A stretch of DNA of 64,000 nt, from NCBI GenBank assembly GCA_020426005.1, contig JAGQQW010000001.1, positions 32,909 to 96,908 on the forward strand, given 5' to 3'. Position 1 is the stretch's first letter. Every line of letters begins with the position of its first letter. Shown here one piece after another: positions 55,755 through 64,000 of this stretch. A program made the position numbers and the translations under genes. Source of the stretch: Planctomycetota bacterium. GTDB lineage: Bacteria > Planctomycetota > UBA1135 > GCA-002748355. Under the pieces are notes generated by a model that ran no database searches, had not been told where the DNA came from, and worked only from the letters and a program-made list of their open reading frames with translations.

Positions 55755-57569
55755 TCAGTTGGAGAGGCCGACGAACCACTCGGTGCCGTTCGTCATGCCG
55801 TAGACCGTGTTCGTGAAGTCGAACGCCGCGCCCTGCCAGTTGACCATGACCCCCGTGAGGTTCGAGTCGTTCGGGATCGGCAGCGGGACGATGCCAGTCC
55901 CGTTCGGGACGATTACCGTCAGCGGAATCGGCGGCAGGATGAGCAGGTTGCCGAACGGAGTCGGGATCGGAGCCGGGGTACGGCCCGCGCCGAGCATGAG
56001 GATGCCAGCCTGCGCACCCGAGAAGACGGCCTTCATGTCGAGGTTCGGCGTCGTGCCGAGAACCGGCGGCGCATCGCAGGTCAGCGACGGGACCGCGACG
56101 TTACCGGCGACGTGAACGAAGACGCGAGCGAGCGTGCCGGTCGAGGGGTTGACGACGCCCTGGCCCATGTTGGTGCGCGGGTCGGAGTTCATCCACAGAC
56201 GCTGCAGCGAGATCGGCTGGCCGAGCACGGTCGAAGCGTGCGGACCCGTGCCGTAGGAGTTGCGCATCGACGACGCGGCGGTCGAGGCGTGGCAAGCACC
56301 GAAGACGCCGAACCACTCGCCCTTCTTGACGAGGACCGGCGGAACCGCCTTGAGGACGGTGTTGGCAGGGCCCGTCTGGAAGAACTTGACGTCGGCTGCG
56401 GTCGCCGTGAAGGCTCCGGTCGGCGGCGTCGCGAGGACGTAGCAGACGACGGTCTGGTCCGTTTCCGGAGTCGTGTAGTCGTTCGGCGTTTCGAAACCCG
56501 TCACGACGAAGTCGACCGGCGCGACGAAGTGATAGCCACGGATGCCCGCGGTCGCGCTGTACGTGCTGGAGTACGGCGGCACGTCGATCGGCGCCGGGGC
56601 CGGGACGTTGGTCGAGCCCACACCGTAATCGACGGTCGTGGCCTTCGACGGGTTCAAGCGGATGAACTTCTGGAACGTGACCTTGGACGGCGGATTGACG
56701 CCATCAGTCGTCTCGAGCGTGACGTCGAAGTACTGGTCGTAGCCAGTGGCCGTGAACGTGTACGACGGGTTCTGCACCGTCGAGTCGATGATGTTGTCGT
56801 TGTTGAAGTCCCATTTCCACGACGTGACGGGGCCCGACGACGAGTAGGTCGTGTCGGTGAACTGAACCGTCAGCGGGCTCGTGCCGGAAGTCGGCGTCGC
56901 CGTGAAGCTCGAGTAGAGACCGGCGGCCGGGATCCAGGTGATCTCGGCGGCGCAGGCGTAGCCATTCGTGCTCGCGGTGAAACCCGCGCCAACGGCTTGG
57001 CCAGCAGGACCGTAGACACGGCTACCCTTGAGCGGGCTCGTCGAGTCGCCCGCCATCGCGCCCGTGAAGGTGCCGGTGATCGTCGAGGTCGAAAGGCGTT
57101 CCCAGTCGAAGACGAGAGGACCGGCGGTCGGATCGAACAGGTACGGCGTCGTCAGGACGAGGTCGTAGCACCAGTCCGCCGCGGCCGCGACGTTGAAGTT
57201 GACGGTGCCGTTGTTGAGGACCGTGACGGTCTTCGCCGGAATCATGTTGTTCGCGTACGTTGTCGTGATCGCGTTCCAGGCGACTGGGCACTGGGACAGC
57301 TTGATCGTGACGTTCGTCATCGAACCACCGGCGCAAGCACCGGTGCTGCGGAAGCGCAGCTTCTGGATCAGGACGGGATAGTTCGCCGAGATGTGCGAGC
57401 CGTCATAGATGAACTGGACGTGCTCGGCGTTTGCCGACGACGATCCGAACGGGAAGACGTTGCCGGAATACGTTGCCGGCAGCGGGTTCGGCATCGTTTC
57501 GGTGGTTTGCGCCCCAAGGGCAGTCGTCAGACCAACGGCCAAAACGGGGGCCAGAAAGAGAGTTCGCAT
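55755..57569 (-). CDS. Secreted PKD-domain protein
   Basis: The signal peptide MRTLFLAPVLAVGLTTALGAQT starts at an internal ATG. A PKD repeat (TSGTSPLTVQFTDTTYSSSGPVTSWKWDFNNDNIIDSTVQNPSYTFTATG) is present and the composition is beta-rich. Confidence 0.6.
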   Translation of the reverse strand: MRTLFLAPVLAVGLTTALGAQTTETMPNPLPATYSGNVFPFGSSSANAEHVQFIYDGSHISANYPVLIQKLRFRSTGACAGGSMTNVTIKLSQCPVAWNAITTTYANNMIPAKTVTVLNNGTVNFNVAAAADWCYDLVLTTPYLFDPTAGPLVFDWERLSTSTITGTFTGAMAGDSTSPLKGSRVYGPAGQAVGAGFTASTNGYACAAEITWIPAAGLYSSFTATPTSGTSPLTVQFTDTTYSSSGPVTSWKWDFNNDNIIDSTVQNPSYTFTATGYDQYFDVTLETTDGVNPPSKVTFQKFIRLNPSKATTVDYGVGSTNVPAPAPIDVPPYSSTYSATAGIRGYHFVAPVDFVVTGFETPNDYTTPETDQTVVCYVLATPPTGAFTATAADVKFFQTGPANTVLKAVPPVLVKKGEWFGVFGACHASTAASSMRNSYGTGPHASTVLGQPISLQRLWMNSDPRTNMGQGVVNPSTGTLARVFVHVAGNVAVPSLTCDAPPVLGTTPNLDMKAVFSGAQAGILMLGAGRTPAPIPTPFGNLLILPPIPLTVIVPNGTGIVPLPIPNDSNLTGVMVNWQGAAFDFTNTVYGMTNGTEWFVGLSN

Positions 57570-57783
57570 TCGCGCGTGCTCCGAGAAGAAGAGTAGGGAG
57601 GAAGGGCAGGTAAAGCCCAACTGAAGGTACTCTACTACGAATGCAGATCGTCGGCCAACAGGGCCATTTCGAGGCTTTTCGCTGCTCGATTCGCATGGAC
57701 TGCGTTCACGTGGTGCCCACCAGCCGCCCGTTTGCGACAACGAGTCGCAGCTGCACCGCCCGCGACGGTGCATCCCCGCGTTG

Positions 57784-59313
57784 TCAAGGCTGAATCACGA
57801 CTCTGGCGGCGTCGCTCGCGAGCACAGCGACGGAAGCGAACGCCACGATCGCGTGGTCGAGCGGGACGGGAGCTGTCGGCGCGAGCACGCCGGAGTTGAG
57901 CACGAAAGCCATGGATCCGCGCCCGTTCGCATCGAGTGTCCCGCGCGCTCCGGGCAGCCACGGTGCGTTCGGAGTCCCCAGGGTCGCGAGGAAATACCAA
58001 TCCGGGTTGAGCGGCACGTGCAAAGAGCCGAACGAGAAGCCCGGGACCGTTCCACTCGCCGATCCCGTCCCGACGTAGATTGCACCGGCTGCCGCAGGCC
58101 CCATCAGGATGCGCAGCTCTTGCTTGCCTCCAACCAGCGAGGACACTTCCGACCACGCCGGAGCACCCCACGTGACGGCCTCGGTGTTGGCACGTGCATA
58201 GAGCGTCGCGAACGCGAACGCCCCCATGTCGATGCGACTACCATCGAGATCCTTCTTCGCGGGATCACCGCGATCGACACAAACCGAACCATGGTCCAAG
58301 TGGAAATCGCCGTTCGTAGCATCGACGAACGACGGGTCCGCATCGATGTTGGTGCCACCTGCACCGCCTTGGACATTGCAGTACGTCAAGACTGTCGACG
58401 CACTCGCTTCGCTTGCTGTGCCGCCGCGCAGGATCGAATCACGGACAATCGCCGAACCCCAGATCGAAGCACCGTCGGAACTGCTACCTACAAGCGTGTT
58501 CCCGAAGAACGTGCACGACTCCACGCGCGTGGAAGCCGACGCGGTGAAGATCCCACCGCCAGTCGCTGCGTAGATCCCGGCGGCGATGTGATTGCGCACG
58601 AACAGGCAGCGTTGCACGACGACGTTCGCCGTGTTCGAGATGTAGAGCCCCCCACCCTTGCGACCGGTCAGGACGACGAAGTTCTCGACGAAGACGCTAT
58701 TCGTGATCGAGACGTTTCCAGTGGAGACGTACACACCTGCACCAGAGCCGCGTGAGACTCGGTTGTTCGCGATGACGCAGGACTCGATTGTCGGTGCACC
58801 GTAGATCCCACCACCGTTGCTGACATTCGCGACGTTCCCGTGAATGGAACATCGACGCAGAATCGGGTTGCCGCCGATGCCACCCCCGAAGCGCCCGAAG
58901 TTCCTCGTGACGATGCAGTCCTCGACCGTCGGTGTCGCACCGGAGGCCAGGATGCCTCCTGGACCGGTCGACGAGTTGCCGCCCGTGACGGTGAATCCAA
59001 TCAATCGTGCCGCGGCTGTTTGCCCAGAGGCGAAGCGCACGACTGGCGCCGCACCGCCACCATCCAAGATCGTCTTCGTCGCCCCCTGAATACCAATGAC
59101 CGGAATGTCCTTGCCGGCGAAGTCGATCTGCTCGACGTACGTGCCCGGCATGACGAGAACACGGTCGCTCGGACCAGCGACACGAATGGCGGCAGCAATG
59201 CTTCCAGTCGGCGGAACGATGATGTCCGTCGCGTGTGCGCGGACGGTGAACGTGGCCAAGCCAGCGGCGAGCCAAACGCTCGTGGACCTCGATAGGCGGT
59301 TGGGAGGATTCAT
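57784..59313 (-). CDS. Secreted right-handed parallel beta-helix repeat protein
   Basis: A 509-aa protein with a signal peptide and repeated GGGIY/GGG...N..I..N turns (NSVFVENFV, GGLYISNTANVVVQRCLFVRN, IAAGIYAATGGGIF), typical of pectate-lyase-like beta-helices. Confidence 0.65.
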   Translation of the reverse strand: MNPPNRLSRSTSVWLAAGLATFTVRAHATDIIVPPTGSIAAAIRVAGPSDRVLVMPGTYVEQIDFAGKDIPVIGIQGATKTILDGGGAAPVVRFASGQTAAARLIGFTVTGGNSSTGPGGILASGATPTVEDCIVTRNFGRFGGGIGGNPILRRCSIHGNVANVSNGGGIYGAPTIESCVIANNRVSRGSGAGVYVSTGNVSITNSVFVENFVVLTGRKGGGLYISNTANVVVQRCLFVRNHIAAGIYAATGGGIFTASASTRVESCTFFGNTLVGSSSDGASIWGSAIVRDSILRGGTASEASASTVLTYCNVQGGAGGTNIDADPSFVDATNGDFHLDHGSVCVDRGDPAKKDLDGSRIDMGAFAFATLYARANTEAVTWGAPAWSEVSSLVGGKQELRILMGPAAAGAIYVGTGSASGTVPGFSFGSLHVPLNPDWYFLATLGTPNAPWLPGARGTLDANGRGSMAFVLNSGVLAPTAPVPLDHAIVAFASVAVLASDAARVVIQP

Positions 59314-59475
59314 GCCCCGCCAGCTTGCAATGCGCGTACCTCACAACACCCGATGCTCATGAGCTCGACCGGAAGCACGATGAGAGTGCGACTCGGGCTC
59401 GTTGTCGAACTCGTCGCGACGAGAGTTCGTGCAAGATCTACGAACCCATGTAAGCCTTGCACTGCGAATCGTGGT

Positions 59476-59506
59476 CGTACGAATCACGGGCCGTACGAAT
59501 CACGGG
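59476..59506. promoter_or_regulatory. Direct repeats CGTACGAATCACGGG x2 within a cluster of four CGAATC(A/G)(C/T)G motifs
   Basis: Read directly: cgaatcgtgg ... cgtacgaatcacggg c cgtacgaatcacggg aaat cgaatcgtgc, spanning about 59465-59520. It overlaps the 3' end of the MBL gene and lies 150-200 bp upstream of the beta-helix gene start. Confidence 0.35.
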
Positions 59507-61329
59507 AAATCGAATCGTGCGGCATTCGACGTCGCAGGAACGAGACTGCCACCCGCGAAACTGAGAAGGAAGTGCGCGAAGTAACCGGTCTTGCCCGTCA
59601 ACCCAGGCGGTACCGGGATGCGAATGCCCTTCTCGCCGCTCGTCGGCAAGATCGAAACGAAACCGGGAATCTCGAAGCTGGCCGTGAACAGCGCATCCAG
59701 ACTCAGCGGCACGATCGTCGATCCGATACGGATCCCCTGATTCCCGAAACTCAACGCCGCGACATCGATCGCACCAGCGGACGAGAACCCGCTCGCGAGG
59801 GTATGCAACGCACGCCCGGTGCTCAACGGGTTCGGGACGACTTCGACGTGCGCGCCGAGTGGCCACGTCGTGGCGTCGACCGAGTTAATCGCACCCGGAC
59901 TGCCGAAGTCGACCGCGTATCGCCGAGTCGCCGCCGCGAAGTTGCTCGCGATCGTAGGGCCCAGCGCGTCGATGCGCTCGGCGGCGACGCCGCTCGATCC
60001 GGGAAACCCCGTCGAATACGAAAGCGTATCGAGCGTCGTCGTTCCGACGGACAGGCGCAACGTGTCGTAGGCACTGCCGAGCGAGAAACTCTTGTAGGGC
60101 AACGCGTGCCCCCACGTGATTCCTCCGTTCTTGGACGTGATCCCGTTGACCACGACGGTGAACGCTTCTCCTGGCATGAGGCGGTAGGGCGTTGCGAGTG
60201 TCGCGAAGCCGAGGTTGCCCTCGATCTTGACCCCGTCCAGGCACAGAGCTCGTGGGGATCGATTCGAGAACTCGAGATACTGCCCGCGACTCGCGGTCGG
60301 CGCTCGCATCAACTCGGAGATGACGAGCTCTCCAGGAGACGGCTTCGAGGCGAACGGCACGGACTCATCCGTGTAGATGTCGTATCCATCCCCGCGTTGG
60401 GAAACGACGCGGTACCGAAACCCATCGGTCGTGATCGTCGTCGTACCCGATTGCGTGTAGCCCTCGTAGCCGTAGCCCTCGGTCGTATCGAGGAAGAGCC
60501 GGGACTCGAACTTGGTGTTGAGCCGATTGATCGTCGAAGTCGAGGGGTGATAGAACGGATTCTGCGTGCCATTGGAACCAACGGCGACTTCGGGATCGAG
60601 GAGCCCAACGAGGGACGCATTGGATGAGGTCGAGCTACCGTGGTGGTCGGCCTTGTAGACGTCGACATCACCGCACGCCGCTGCGACTTTCGATTCGCAG
60701 TCGTAGGTGTTGTTCCCACCGCCGGTGAGGTCGCCGCCGAGCCACATCGAAAAGTCGCCGTACTCGATACGGAGAACGACGGACGCGGCATTCTCTTGTT
60801 GGTAGGTATTGCGGATCGGAAGTTGTGACGACAGTCCGAGCACGTTGCCGTCGAACGCGAGAACGCGTGCGATCGCACCGCCACCAAGATCGAGCACTTG
60901 CCCGGTGCTGACGACGCGTCGTCTCGTGCCAGCTGCATTGACGTAGGCGCGATACTCCGCGATCGATGGTTCATCGCGAGTTCCACGATCCCAGACATGG
61001 TCGACAGGTAGACCCGCGAAGACCTCGGGCATGCCTCCCATGTGGTCGATGTGATAGTGCGACAACACGACGTGCGTGAGGCGCGTCACGCCGAGACGCT
61101 TCAGTTCGGGAATGACGCGTGCCACGCCTTGGCCGGTCGGCCCGGCATCGACGAGGAGCGCAATCCCGCTCGGGCCGACGACGATGGTCGCATCGCCTTG
61201 CCCCACGTCGACGAACACGACACGAAGGCCGACCGGCGGCGCCCATGGATTCTGCGCACGAACGGACCCGAAGGCGCAAAGCAAACAAGCAGTCAAGTGG
61301 ACGATTTGGCGTCGTAGGTGCACGTACAT
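59500..61329 (-). CDS. Secreted MBL-fold metallo-hydrolase (ComEC-C-terminal-like) with a lamin tail domain
   Basis: The signal peptide is followed by metallo-beta-lactamase motifs (VVLSHYHIDHMGG, ADHHGS), then an LTD-like segment (ELVISELMRAPTASRGQYLEFSN) and a beta-rich C-terminus. Confidence 0.8.
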   Translation of the reverse strand: MYVHLRRQIVHLTACLLCAFGSVRAQNPWAPPVGLRVVFVDVGQGDATIVVGPSGIALLVDAGPTGQGVARVIPELKRLGVTRLTHVVLSHYHIDHMGGMPEVFAGLPVDHVWDRGTRDEPSIAEYRAYVNAAGTRRRVVSTGQVLDLGGGAIARVLAFDGNVLGLSSQLPIRNTYQQENAASVVLRIEYGDFSMWLGGDLTGGGNNTYDCESKVAAACGDVDVYKADHHGSSTSSNASLVGLLDPEVAVGSNGTQNPFYHPSTSTINRLNTKFESRLFLDTTEGYGYEGYTQSGTTTITTDGFRYRVVSQRGDGYDIYTDESVPFASKPSPGELVISELMRAPTASRGQYLEFSNRSPRALCLDGVKIEGNLGFATLATPYRLMPGEAFTVVVNGITSKNGGITWGHALPYKSFSLGSAYDTLRLSVGTTTLDTLSYSTGFPGSSGVAAERIDALGPTIASNFAAATRRYAVDFGSPGAINSVDATTWPLGAHVEVVPNPLSTGRALHTLASGFSSAGAIDVAALSFGNQGIRIGSTIVPLSLDALFTASFEIPGFVSILPTSGEKGIRIPVPPGLTGKTGYFAHFLLSFAGGSLVPATSNAARFDFP

Positions 61330-61417
61330 GAGGGCTCGTCGAGCGGCGGAGAGAAACGAGCCCCCATGCTACCAGTGCTCGCAGATCACCGGACGATCGC
61401 GACGCCCTCGCGCGGCA

Positions 61418-61431
61418 CGTCGCGATCGCGA
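61418..61431. other. Perfect 14-bp palindrome GTCGCGATCGCGAC at the flotillin stop codon
   Basis: Read directly. It overlaps the last codons and stop of the flotillin gene. A second imperfect hairpin (GGGCTCGT-n16-ACGAGCCC at 61332-61363) lies just upstream of the MBL gene start. Confidence 0.4.
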
Positions 61432-63021
61432 CTACTGCGACGCGGAGTCGTCCGTGCCCACGGTCGAATCGGTGGCGCTGGGCTCATCGCCAGAACCAGC
61501 GTCCGCCTCTTTGTTTCCGGCGGCGAACTTGGCGAAGTACTCGGGAAGCTCGACGCCACCGATGTCCTTCATCATGTGCATCATCGGTGGCAGCGAACCG
61601 GCCAGGTTGCGCAAGAAGCCAGAGGTCGCGCCGGCACCACCATCCTTGCCGCCACCGTCCCAGACGACGATCTTGTCGAACTTGATGTTGGCGATCGCCG
61701 TAGCAGCGGTTTCGGCGAGCTTGTCGAGATGTTCGAGCATCAGCATTTGGAACGCCGACTGTGAATCTCCACACGCGTCGACGATGCGGCGCAAGCCCTC
61801 GCCCTTTTGCGCCAGGATCTCGTACTGCCCTTTCGCCTCGGCTTGCAACTTGGCGAAAATCGCTGCCGCCTCGCCTTCGGCTTCGATACGACGCCTTTGA
61901 GCGTTCGCCTCTGCGTCCACGATGGTCATGGCCTTCTCGGCCTTGGAAACCGCCTCGAGTTCGGCGCGCTTCTCGGCTTCGATCTTCTCGGCCTGAGCGA
62001 GAGCGGTCTTGGCCTCGGCTCGGTACTGCGCTTCCTTCACGGCCGCCTCGGCCTCGCGATAGCGGCTCTCCCCTTCGAGATAGGCAGCGGCTTCGCGAAC
62101 TCGCAGGCTGGCGTTCGTCTCGGCGATCTTGGCCTTCGAAGAGTTCTCACCCTCGACGGCGATCGCGTTGGCCTCGGCCACACGGATACGCATCTCACGC
62201 TCGCTGTCCTTGATCGCAGCTTCTCGTTCGAACTCCGCGGCTTTCTCGCCAACCGTGCGCTCGCGTGTGAGATCGGCGACCTTGATCGCGCGATCGCGTT
62301 CTGCCTCGGTCGTGCCGATATCACGTTCGCGCGCGGCGATCGCGACTTCGACGGCTCGCTCGCGCTCGGCGTTGGCAACACCGATGGCGCCCTTCTTCTC
62401 TTGTTGCGAGACGTCGATCGTCGCTTGCTGAATCGCCTCTGCGGCCGCCTTCCGTCCGATCGCTTCGATGTAGCCCGACTCGTCGGTGATGTCCTTGATG
62501 TTGACGTTGATCAAGACGAGTCCGATCTTCTTCAGTTCGGGCTCGAGTGACATCTGGATCTTCTCGAGGAAGACGTCGCGGTCGCGGTTGATCTCTTCGA
62601 TCTTCATCGAGGCGATCACTTGGCGAAGTTGACCGAAGATGATGTCCTCGGCTTGCTTGATGATTTCCCGTGTGTCGAGCCCTAGCAGGCGGACCGAAGC
62701 GTTGTTCATCGTCTCGGCATCGATTCCGACAGCGACGGTGAATACACTCGGTACCGAAACACGAATGTTCTCGATCGATAGCGCTCCCTGAAGTGGGATC
62801 TCGATCTGAACCGGATCGAGCGACAAGAAGTCATAGCTCTGCAAGAGCGGCCAGACGAACGCGCCGCCACCGTGCAGTGCCCGGGACGCGCGTCCCGACG
62901 ACGTGCGACCATAGATGATGAGGATCTTGTTACTCGGGCAGCGCTTGTAGCGCCGAGCAACGACCAGGATCAGTCCGACGAAAACGAGGACGAGTGCGAG
63001 CGCGATGAGTGGCCATGCCAT
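61432..63021 (-). CDS. Flotillin-like SPFH/Band-7 protein (FloT/YuaG-type)
   Basis: From MAWPLIALALVLVFVGLILVVARRYKR (N-terminal membrane anchor). It has an SPFH domain followed by a long Ala/Glu-rich flotillin coiled-coil (EAERDRAIKVA, AEANAIAVEGE) and a C-terminal acidic tail. Confidence 0.9.
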   Translation of the reverse strand: MAWPLIALALVLVFVGLILVVARRYKRCPSNKILIIYGRTSSGRASRALHGGGAFVWPLLQSYDFLSLDPVQIEIPLQGALSIENIRVSVPSVFTVAVGIDAETMNNASVRLLGLDTREIIKQAEDIIFGQLRQVIASMKIEEINRDRDVFLEKIQMSLEPELKKIGLVLINVNIKDITDESGYIEAIGRKAAAEAIQQATIDVSQQEKKGAIGVANAERERAVEVAIAARERDIGTTEAERDRAIKVADLTRERTVGEKAAEFEREAAIKDSEREMRIRVAEANAIAVEGENSSKAKIAETNASLRVREAAAYLEGESRYREAEAAVKEAQYRAEAKTALAQAEKIEAEKRAELEAVSKAEKAMTIVDAEANAQRRRIEAEGEAAAIFAKLQAEAKGQYEILAQKGEGLRRIVDACGDSQSAFQMLMLEHLDKLAETAATAIANIKFDKIVVWDGGGKDGGAGATSGFLRNLAGSLPPMMHMMKDIGGVELPEYFAKFAAGNKEADAGSGDEPSATDSTVGTDDSASQ

Positions 63022-63181
63022 ATCGCTCCCGTTGACCAAACTCGTCGTGCTTTGCGCCGTCGTGCTCTTGGTCGCTGTGACGATCGACGCCGCGTTTGTT
63101 GCCCCCGTGCGTATCGCAAGGAGCGGTTCGAACAAAGCAATCATGGGTAGGTGCTCCGTTGTGGATCAGAATCGTGGGGCA

Positions 63182-63763
63182 TCAAATCGCTTCGACTTCG
63201 ACCGTGTCGGCCGAAATCAGGGACACGATCTTGCAGTTCGACCCCGTCGCGAGCGTGTCCCCGTTGGTGACCGCAGCAAACTCGACACTCCGGCCCGCGA
63301 CGGACGCCGTGATCTTCCCTTTGCCGCTCGCACCACCTGGGATGCGCAGATAGACCTGGGCAATCGTGCCAATGGCGAGATTGGGATCGAAGTTTCCAGA
63401 TTCATCCAAGCGGCGAAACATGCGCATGACACTCGCGATCAACAACATGACCGTTGTTCCCGCGGCGAGAGCCGCGACCGCTGTCAATGCGGGGTGCCAG
63501 CCTGCGCCCGTTCCGGCCCAGCCGACGAGGCCGAAAAAGGTCAGGAAGCCCGCGACCGCACGAATCGACAGCACATTGAGTGAGCCATCACCGTCACCGT
63601 CGGTATCGAAATCGGCATCCGTGTCGACGTCCATGTCGCCGCCCAGACCGAAGAGCGACAATCCGAACTGGACCAGCAACATGCCCCCGCCAGCGGTCGC
63701 ACAGGCGAGATAGGCGTGCACCATGGACCAGTGCGTCAGTTGGTCTTTGAACCAGTCCCACAT
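63182..63763 (-). CDS. NfeD-family membrane protein (flotillin/stomatin operon partner, YuaF-like)
   Basis: A 193-aa protein with N-terminal TM helices and a C-terminal OB-fold-like segment (GTIAQVYLRIPGGASGKGKITASVAGRSVEFAAV), located directly upstream of the flotillin gene. Confidence 0.8.
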   Translation of the reverse strand: MWDWFKDQLTHWSMVHAYLACATAGGGMLLVQFGLSLFGLGGDMDVDTDADFDTDGDGDGSLNVLSIRAVAGFLTFFGLVGWAGTGAGWHPALTAVAALAAGTTVMLLIASVMRMFRRLDESGNFDPNLAIGTIAQVYLRIPGGASGKGKITASVAGRSVEFAAVTNGDTLATGSNCKIVSLISADTVEVEAI

Positions 63764-64000
63764 GATTGATTGTTCCGAGTTCGCAGTACCGTAACGACTT
63801 CGCGGAGAACAAGCGATTCGTAGTCCGCGCCATCGCCGCAGTGCGACAACAATGACTACGAAGAACGAGCGACTTATGCAGAAGAAGGCTTGCAGTCGTC
63901 GAAAAAGTCTGTGACCGCGCTGGCTTCTCGTGTCGCGCGCTCACCGGCTCGGACACGCAGCGAGCGTCGCGAGTCCAGGTGCGTGTCGCGCGCTGACCGA

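Noticed and set aside
55575-57596. 673-aa plus-strand ORF
   Set aside because: It is antisense to the secreted PKD-domain gene. Its translation is Arg/Asp/Glu/Gly-rich noise, and its N-terminus merely translates the 16-bp palindrome.
63100-63181. tRNA-like GGTTCGAAC T-arm-like motif near 63124
   Set aside because: No acceptor-stem complement, D-arm or anticodon-arm pairing could be built around it. It lies in the flotillin 5' leader.
1-64000. Mobile elements, prophage or defence islands (searched for transposase DDE motifs, integrase/recombinase motifs, terminal inverted repeats, toxin-antitoxin pairs)
   Set aside because: Nothing was found. The PIN domain present is fused to a PhoH ATPase (housekeeping YlaK type), not a stand-alone toxin. 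No compositional break is evident by eye.

Overview
This is a 64-kb window of very GC-rich bacterial chromosome (roughly 68-70% GC judged by eye). Almost every long antisense frame is open and translates to Arg/Pro/Ser-rich noise, so I kept only ORFs whose translations show recognisable family motifs or clear signal peptides or TM segments. No rRNA, tRNA, CRISPR array, transposase or integrase is visible.

The window opens with a minus-strand dcw (division and cell wall) cluster: mraZ, rsmH, ftsL, ftsI, murE, murF, mraY, ftsW, followed by a LysM protein. murD, murG, murC, ddl and ftsZ are absent from it. Together with the sulfatase, the Gfo/Idh/MocA oxidoreductase and the many large secreted carboxypeptidase-regulatory-like and PKD proteins, this suggests a Planctomycetota-like organism, but that is only an inference.

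The remaining content, in order:
- Housekeeping genes: a Gfo/Idh/MocA oxidoreductase, a TrmH methyltransferase and a sulfatase.
- At about 15.8-20.5 kb, a compact plus-strand operon: a VOC-fold protein, an FAD-dependent amine oxidoreductase (TIGR03364-like), a polytopic membrane protein, a PhnZ-like HD-domain oxygenase and a Zn-dependent alcohol dehydrogenase. I read this as a candidate non-canonical oxidative (amino)phosphonate C-P cleavage pathway that lacks PhnY*, PhnW, PhnX and C-P lyase.
- A secreted S8 subtilase with a 9-bp x6 tandem repeat in its promoter.
- A sugar-phosphate isomerase and an MFS transporter next to two tandem paralogous carboxypeptidase-regulatory-like secreted proteins.
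- A PhoH-PIN ATPase.
- A very Cys-rich secreted helical protein (about 34 Cys).
- A glycosylation locus: a DegT aminotransferase, three glycosyltransferases, and a small periplasmic protein plus polytopic membrane protein pair that may be a split GT-C enzyme.
- Three GNAT-fold genes around a perfect 38-bp x3 tandem repeat.
- A DedA-family protein.
- A nucleoside salvage operon (hpt, cdd, pdp, nupC, a small membrane protein, a PNP) preceded by a perfect 16-bp stem hairpin.
- Secreted PKD-domain, beta-helix and MBL-fold plus lamin-tail-domain proteins.
- A flotillin and NfeD pair.

Coordinates of refined starts are my own in-frame estimates and should be treated as approximate.
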